A stretch of 63,889 nt of DNA, counting the filler, from an uncultured bacterium (lineage in GTDB: Bacteria; CAZSTA01): NCBI GenBank assembly GCA_964609495.1. It is 10 parts of 10 records of this genome, joined end to end, with 100 filler letters (N's around TTAATTAATTAA, not from the genome) between each part and the next. Parts side by side here need not be neighbours in the genome. Positions count along the whole stretch, not along the records: positions 57,917 to 63,889 come from CAZSTA010000216.1; 9 more parts are not named here. One strand, written 5' to 3'. The translations under genes were made by a program, and so were the position numbers. Below are positions 58,718 through 63,889 of this stretch, one piece after another. The first letter of the stretch is position 1. The number at the start of each line of letters is the position of its first letter. The notes below the pieces were generated by a model, which saw nothing but the letters and a program-made list of their open reading frames with translations, was not told the DNA's origin and did not search any database.

Positions 58718-59824
58718 TCACCCTCGCCTTTGCCTAAAATCCCTTAAAGCCGATAACAGATAATCTATATATTCTGGAGAGGCGGACTTACCGATATGAC
58801 CTATGCGGAATATCTTACCTTCAAGCCTCCCTATTCCTCCTGCTATGAGCAGACCGTATTCGTTCTTCAGGAAGTCTCTGATCTCATCAGGTGAAATACC
58901 AGGAGGGGTAATAACGCTCGTCACCACTGAGGAAGCATATTCACCATCGATCAACAATTCGAAGCCAAGTTCCCTCAATCCATCTCTCAACCTCTTAGCT
59001 ATTCGCCTGAATCTCTCCTGTCGCTCCTCTAATCCCTCGTCTAATATCCTCCTCAAGCTAGCGCGCAAGGCTAAGATTGTGTTGGTAGCCATCGTGACAG
59101 GATGGGGATGCCAATCCGCCCACTTAGTTACATAATCTCTCCAGTTCAGAAGATTGAGATACCAACCATGACCAAGATCCCCTTTCTCCTCCATAACTTG
59201 CCAAGCGTGAGGAGTTATAGCGATAGGAGATAAGCCCGGAGGAGCTTCTAAGCATTTCTGCGAAGCAGAAACACAGATATCGATTCCCCATTCATCTACA
59301 GCTAAATCGCTACCTCCCAAAGAGGAAACAGCATCGACTATCAAGGGGATGTCATATCTCTTGCATATCTCACCTATCTCCTCAACCGGATTCATAACAC
59401 CCGTGGAGGTCTCGTGGTGAACTACCGCTACTGCTTGGAAACCCTCTTTATCCCTTATTAAATCCTCGATCGAAGAGGGAGAGGCGGGCTTTCCCCATTC
59501 CGACTCCAAAGCATAGGCAGAAAGATGATAACTTCGAGCTATCTCTAATAATCTCTCTCCAAAGAAACCATTTACTATGACTAATACGCTCTCCCCACCT
59601 CCCAGCATACTTCCTATTGCCGCGTCTAATCCAGCGCTGCCAGAGCCGATGAGTATATATACATCCCCCTCGGTCCTAAATATCTGTTTAAGATATCCCA
59701 CTGTCTCTCGGTATATCTCGACCCATTCCTCGCCATAGTGGGCTATGACAGGAGCACCCATCTGCTCCAATACCTCATCCTCTACATCCACGGGACCTGG
59801 GATCATCAGTTTATATCGCTTCAT
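58718..59824 (-). CDS. class V aminotransferase (alanine/serine--glyoxylate family)
   Basis: LMIPGP, HHETSTG, VDAVSS, SASQK (PLP lysine), FRIGHIG. Confidence 0.92.
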   Translation of the reverse strand: MKRYKLMIPGPVDVEDEVLEQMGAPVIAHYGEEWVEIYRETVGYLKQIFRTEGDVYILIGSGSAGLDAAIGSMLGGGESVLVIVNGFFGERLLEIARSYHLSAYALESEWGKPASPSSIEDLIRDKEGFQAVAVVHHETSTGVMNPVEEIGEICKRYDIPLIVDAVSSLGGSDLAVDEWGIDICVSASQKCLEAPPGLSPIAITPHAWQVMEEKGDLGHGWYLNLLNWRDYVTKWADWHPHPVTMATNTILALRASLRRILDEGLEERQERFRRIAKRLRDGLRELGFELLIDGEYASSVVTSVITPPGISPDEIRDFLKNEYGLLIAGGIGRLEGKIFRIGHIGKSASPEYIDYLLSALRDFRQRRG

Positions 59825-59858
59825 ATAACCTCCTTCTCTCGATATGCTTAAGTAAAAG

Positions 59859-61127
59859 TCATCCTCTCCTTCTTTCCTCTTTCCGATTCAGACGAGCAAG
59901 GCGATGACGAAGATCCGCGAGATCTTGCTCATAACGTAATCTTCCGAAGAGCGGTCTTCTCTGATTGAGCATAAATAAAGCTTCCCTCACTATATCTATC
60001 GCTCTCCGATAATCTTTAAGTTGATGCTCGTAATATTTTGCTAACTCTACATAGGGATAAAGACTATAGGTCTGGTTATCGGAGATAAGCGATTCCCAGA
60101 TCATAACCGCCTGCTCACTCTCCCTTAGACGCTTGTACAGAAATGATAATTGATGTATCGTCTTATTTCTAGTGGCTGGAGTTAAGGAAGTGGAGAGGGC
60201 ATACTCATAACATCTTATGCTCTCTTTTGGCAACCCTAGATTTTCATACGCTTTGCCGAGGCTATAGAAATCCTCCCCTCTCTCAAGGGTGGAGAAGGGA
60301 TCGCTGTAGATATCGCATAACTTAACGGTCAGAGCTAATAGAGATAATATATCCTGCTGATTGTGATAGAAGACCTTCCTCATCTCTCGCGCATCTTTCG
60401 TCCTCATATATTGAAAATAAAGGCTGGGGATCATATAGCTTGGGACATCCTCCTCAGTTCGCTCTACTCTCAATATGTGCTGTTCCAGGGAGCTGAGGCC
60501 ACAGCTCTCAAGGCGCTCCCTCCAGAGGCGACGAGCGGAGAAGAGGAGATCAAGGTGAAGGGGATCTTCTAGGTTGAAGCGTAAACGAGAATAGGCATAT
60601 CTGCCATGGAGCATAGGTATATCGAAGCACTTACCGTTGAAGGTCACAACAGCGGAGAAGTAGGAGAGAAGATCATTTAAGGTCCAGAGGAAAGCCATCT
60701 CCTCCCCATAGTCGCGCATAAAGTATTGTTTAATATGGAACTCCCCTCCTTTGAAGTAACCGATCCCAACTAAGATCACATATGTGCCTGCTCCTCCAGC
60801 TAAACCAGTTGTCTCGATGTCCAAGAAAGCCGTCTCTTCCAGATTCAATTCGCTTAGATTCGCATCCTTGCCCATATAAGCAAAGAGGGAGGGCGAATAG
60901 GAAAAAATATCTCGAAGAACGATATCCCCATGAAGATAATCGGAGTTATATATCTGCTCGGTGACGAAGCATTCTCCGTAGGGAGTGGGTAGAAATTCTC
61001 CTTCTAGGAGATCGTGAATATCCTTACTCTCCATCGTGATAGATTCGGATTCTTGCTGGGTAGGTATAGACATTTGGGGCGAATTACTATCGCGATGCCA
61101 CTTTCTCAGCTTCTCCCTCAGATTCAT
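59859..61127 (-). CDS. YprB/MrfB-like RNase H-fold exonuclease with TPR C-terminus
   Basis: FLDIETTGL, VTFNGKCFD, HLDLL, HNQQDI, ELAKYYEH. Confidence 0.88.
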   Translation of the reverse strand: MNLREKLRKWHRDSNSPQMSIPTQQESESITMESKDIHDLLEGEFLPTPYGECFVTEQIYNSDYLHGDIVLRDIFSYSPSLFAYMGKDANLSELNLEETAFLDIETTGLAGGAGTYVILVGIGYFKGGEFHIKQYFMRDYGEEMAFLWTLNDLLSYFSAVVTFNGKCFDIPMLHGRYAYSRLRFNLEDPLHLDLLFSARRLWRERLESCGLSSLEQHILRVERTEEDVPSYMIPSLYFQYMRTKDAREMRKVFYHNQQDILSLLALTVKLCDIYSDPFSTLERGEDFYSLGKAYENLGLPKESIRCYEYALSTSLTPATRNKTIHQLSFLYKRLRESEQAVMIWESLISDNQTYSLYPYVELAKYYEHQLKDYRRAIDIVREALFMLNQRRPLFGRLRYEQDLADLRHRLARLNRKEERRRG

Positions 61128-63433
61128 CGTGGATCCCTCCTTGAGGGAAGTGATCTTATCTCTCTAGCAGACTCTCTTCTAAGCATCCTCTTTAACATAG
61201 CTACAGTGATCGATTTGCCCTTTTCCCCTACCTCTACTAGAGGTCCTACACAGGAGGGGCAGGCGGTATCGCAGCCACAGGAGAGGACTAGTTCTAAGGC
61301 GGTTTCCAATAGCAATTGGTGAATATCGTATAACTTCTGGCTGAAACCGATTCCACCCGGATAGTTATCGTAGAGGTAGATAGTAGGTTTCTGAGTGAAC
61401 GGGGAGCGAATCTGACTGACTACTCTGATATCTCTGGGATCGCACATCAGATATAGAGGAGCAACATTTACCAGGACATTTGATAACCCTAATAATGCGC
61501 CTTGTAGATCATTTCGACTGAAGCCCGCGGTTATATCTTCGGGCAAAGTTACCCAATAAGCAGTGGTATGCATCTCCTCTTCAGGGAGGTTGATCTTTCC
61601 CCAACCCACGTTTTCCATAGTGAAGAACTTTATCTTCTTGAACACAGTAGCTAGATAGCTCAACATAACCTCGCCCCAGGCTCTCTCTGAGGCTAGTTGC
61701 TTGTCACTTTGAATGATATCTAATACCTTTAGATCGACTGCCAGCTCAGCATCAGTGTAGTAATCGACATCCACCTTCTTAACGTAGGCTTTCTTCTCCT
61801 CATAGTCGAGCTCCTCTACGTGATATTGCTCTCCCCCGTGAATATAGATCGCATCCTCGTGGATCATCATCGGAGCACTGACACGATCTATCTCTCCGAT
61901 AACTTTTGGTTCTTCGGTGATGTCGATTATGACGAAGTTATCGGTGGAGGCACTCCGTAGGCCGATTTCCTCCGCGGGAAATGTTTGACCAGTCCAATGC
62001 CATTTATCCGCAACGCGATAGAGGATCTTCTCTTCCTCTAGGAATTGTAGAATCTCCTCGGTTGTTTCAACTCCGAACTTCTCTCCCGCTTCAAAAGGAA
62101 GCTCAAAGGCGGCACATTTGATATGGCTGATGAGGATGAAGAGGTTATCTGGATTGATAAGGCCATTCTCGGGAGAACTGCCGAAGAAATAATCAGGATG
62201 ATTGATGATATATTGATCTAGCGGTGAACTGGAGGCGATCAACACTACCGCGGATACTCCTGCTCTCCTCCCCGCTCTTCCCGCCTGTTGCCAGGTGCTG
62301 GAGATAGTTCCCGGATAGCCAGTCAGTAAGCATATCTCCAGTTGACCAATATCGATCCCTAATTCTAAAGCGTTGGTGCTCACCACTCCTAGGATATCTC
62401 CCTCGCGCAATCCCTTCTCTATCATCCTTCTCTCACGGGGGAGATATCCACCGCGATAACCTTGAATACATCCTTCGGGTTTATGGTAATTACGGGCTAT
62501 ATCCTTTAGGTAAGTAACAAGAACTTCTACCGTGAGACGGCTACGAGCGAATACTATCGTCTGGAGATCGTTGTATAGAAAACGAGATGACCACTTTCTG
62601 GTCTCCAACACCGCGCTCTTGCGGATTCCAAGCTCTCTATTGATCACCGAAGGGTTGTAGAAGATAAAGTGCTTCTCTCCTCGTGGGGCTCCGTTATCGT
62701 CTATAAGTTCGATCTCCTCCTCGATCATCTTGGAGGCTAACTCCTCGGGATTAGCTATAGTCGCCGAACAACATATAAACTGGGGGGATGATCCATAGAA
62801 GCGACAGATCCTCTTTAGGCGGCGCATAACGTTTGCCAGATGGCTTCCGAATACACCTCGATAATAGTGAATCTCATCCAGCACTATATACTTTAGATTC
62901 TCGAAGAGTTTGACCCACTTAGTATGATGAGGGAGGATCCCTATATGTAGCATATCGGGGTTGGTGATCACGATATGTCCCGCGGAACGGATCGCCTTTC
63001 GCGCGTTCGGAGGAGTATCGCCATCATAGGTATAGGTCTTTATATCGATCCCTAGAGCATTCACCCACTCGTATAGCTCCGCCAATTGATCTTGAGCTAA
63101 GGCTTTAGTGGGGAAGATATAGATCGCGCGGGTTGCCTCGTTCTCTAAGATGGAATTTAAAACTGGCAGATTGTAACAGAGCGTCTTTCCCGAGGCGGTG
63201 GGAGTTACTACCACCACGTTCTTTCCTCTATGGATAGTCTCTATAGCTGAGGTTTGATGAGTGTAAAGTTGGTATATTCCCCTTTCGTGCAGGATCTTAA
63301 TTAGCCTCTCATCCAACCATTGGGGAGTCTCCCCATAGCGAGCAGGTTGAGAGGAAAGATGCCTCCACTCAGTTACATTTGAGTTAAGTTCATCATCATT
63401 CCGAAGTTGTTCTATTATTTGAGCCAGGTTCAT
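61124..63433 (-). CDS. YprA/MrfA (Hrq1/SftH-like) DEAH helicase with DUF1998 Zn domain
   Basis: TPTASGKT, PTKALAQDQ, DEIH, TNALELGIDIG, QQAGRAGR, CGC..ACPSC. Confidence 0.92.
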   Translation of the reverse strand: MNLAQIIEQLRNDDELNSNVTEWRHLSSQPARYGETPQWLDERLIKILHERGIYQLYTHQTSAIETIHRGKNVVVVTPTASGKTLCYNLPVLNSILENEATRAIYIFPTKALAQDQLAELYEWVNALGIDIKTYTYDGDTPPNARKAIRSAGHIVITNPDMLHIGILPHHTKWVKLFENLKYIVLDEIHYYRGVFGSHLANVMRRLKRICRFYGSSPQFICCSATIANPEELASKMIEEEIELIDDNGAPRGEKHFIFYNPSVINRELGIRKSAVLETRKWSSRFLYNDLQTIVFARSRLTVEVLVTYLKDIARNYHKPEGCIQGYRGGYLPRERRMIEKGLREGDILGVVSTNALELGIDIGQLEICLLTGYPGTISSTWQQAGRAGRRAGVSAVVLIASSSPLDQYIINHPDYFFGSSPENGLINPDNLFILISHIKCAAFELPFEAGEKFGVETTEEILQFLEEEKILYRVADKWHWTGQTFPAEEIGLRSASTDNFVIIDITEEPKVIGEIDRVSAPMMIHEDAIYIHGGEQYHVEELDYEEKKAYVKKVDVDYYTDAELAVDLKVLDIIQSDKQLASERAWGEVMLSYLATVFKKIKFFTMENVGWGKINLPEEEMHTTAYWVTLPEDITAGFSRNDLQGALLGLSNVLVNVAPLYLMCDPRDIRVVSQIRSPFTQKPTIYLYDNYPGGIGFSQKLYDIHQLLLETALELVLSCGCDTACPSCVGPLVEVGEKGKSITVAMLKRMLRRESAREIRSLPSRRDPR

Positions 63434-63889
63434 TTTGACTCCTCGATCTACGCTCTCGGCAGAGGTGAAACCATACTGCTAATTGTCCCGCAAGACTAGA
63501 CAAGCCTATAAGCACGCTTTGAATGATCCAAAGTCTCCCTGTAGCTGCCAAGCTCCACAGAAGAAAAGCTCCACCTACAGAAGCGCTGCTCAAGATACTC
63601 ATCGTCAGAGCCATCAGAAAAGCTACTGTCCACTTCTTTCCCACAGGAGGAATACTCTCCATTGTCCACCGAAAAGCTCTTTTCAATTGAACTTCGTCGC
63701 ACATCTGAATATAGTAATCTTTAATCTGGCACATCGCGCGCACGCTATCTGTCCAAGCTAAGCGTAGTTTTGCCAGTTTCAATAAAAACATAAATCCCAG
63801 AATTGCGATTCCAACGAACAGCAGACCAAAAACCACCAGATGTGTGCTATTGTTTAAATCCAATAATACCACGCCTGCGATCAGTGTTC
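63396..63889 (-). CDS. hypothetical membrane protein (5' end outside the window)
   Basis: At least 3 hydrophobic segments; frame open to the window edge; overlaps the helicase start. Confidence 0.55.
   Translation of the reverse strand, partial: TLIAGVVLLDLNNSTHLVVFGLLFVGIAILGFMFLLKLAKLRLAWTDSVRAMCQIKDYYIQMCDEVQLKRAFRWTMESIPPVGKKWTVAFLMALTMSILSSASVGGAFLLWSLAATGRLWIIQSVLIGLSSLAGQLAVWFHLCRERRSRSQNEPGSNNRTTSE

Noticed and set aside
59859-63433. DISARM (DrmB/DUF1998) defence system
   Set aside because: DUF1998 is fused to the helicase and paired with a YprB exonuclease, which is the MrfAB/SftH repair arrangement; no drm or MTase genes are adjacent.
1-63889. CRISPR array or cas genes
   Set aside because: No run of equal-length direct repeats with unique spacers and no Cas motifs seen; the repeats found are dispersed REP/MITE copies.

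Overview
This window is not contiguous chromosome. It is about 10 unrelated ~6.2-6.5 kb scaffolds of a draft bacterial genome (MAG/SAG-like), joined by 100-nt N/TTAATTAATTAA/N linkers in order of decreasing length, so adjacency across linkers means nothing. Scaffold contents: (1) DUF2961/GH172 gene, tig-clpP-clpX and a coiled-coil/GAF protein; (2) dppA-like peptidase, Nudix, acylase, ACT protein, flavoprotein, cysS; (3) two tandem paralogous secreted proteins (the complete one ends in an 11-Cys domain), a beta-barrel, tRNA-Leu(TAG), greA, a UroD-family protein, mltG; (4) duplicated ABC solute-binding proteins flanking a glycosidase-like gene; (5) amtB-glnK, amrS, NusG-II/Gx transporter, an orphan adenine MTase, maf; (6) LarA-like, DUF4432, EamA, CinA-N and a CcrM/M.HinfI-like MTase; (7) a prophage-like scaffold with a serine recombinase, two HTH genes, a hairpin-punctuated array of small unknown genes, an FxLYD protein and a tape-measure-like gene; (8) a secreted GH-like protein, CDF transporter, GH106-like protein; (9) sugar/peptide catabolism genes, folC, an ART-like ORF; (10) MBL hydrolase, class V aminotransferase, mrfAB-like pair. 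A REP-containing MITE family recurs, often at contig ends. The best novelty candidates are the tandem Cys-rich (halocin-C8-like) precursor locus at 13205-14308 and the mobile-element small-gene operon at 39000-42610. All family calls come from motif recognition; no database searches were run.
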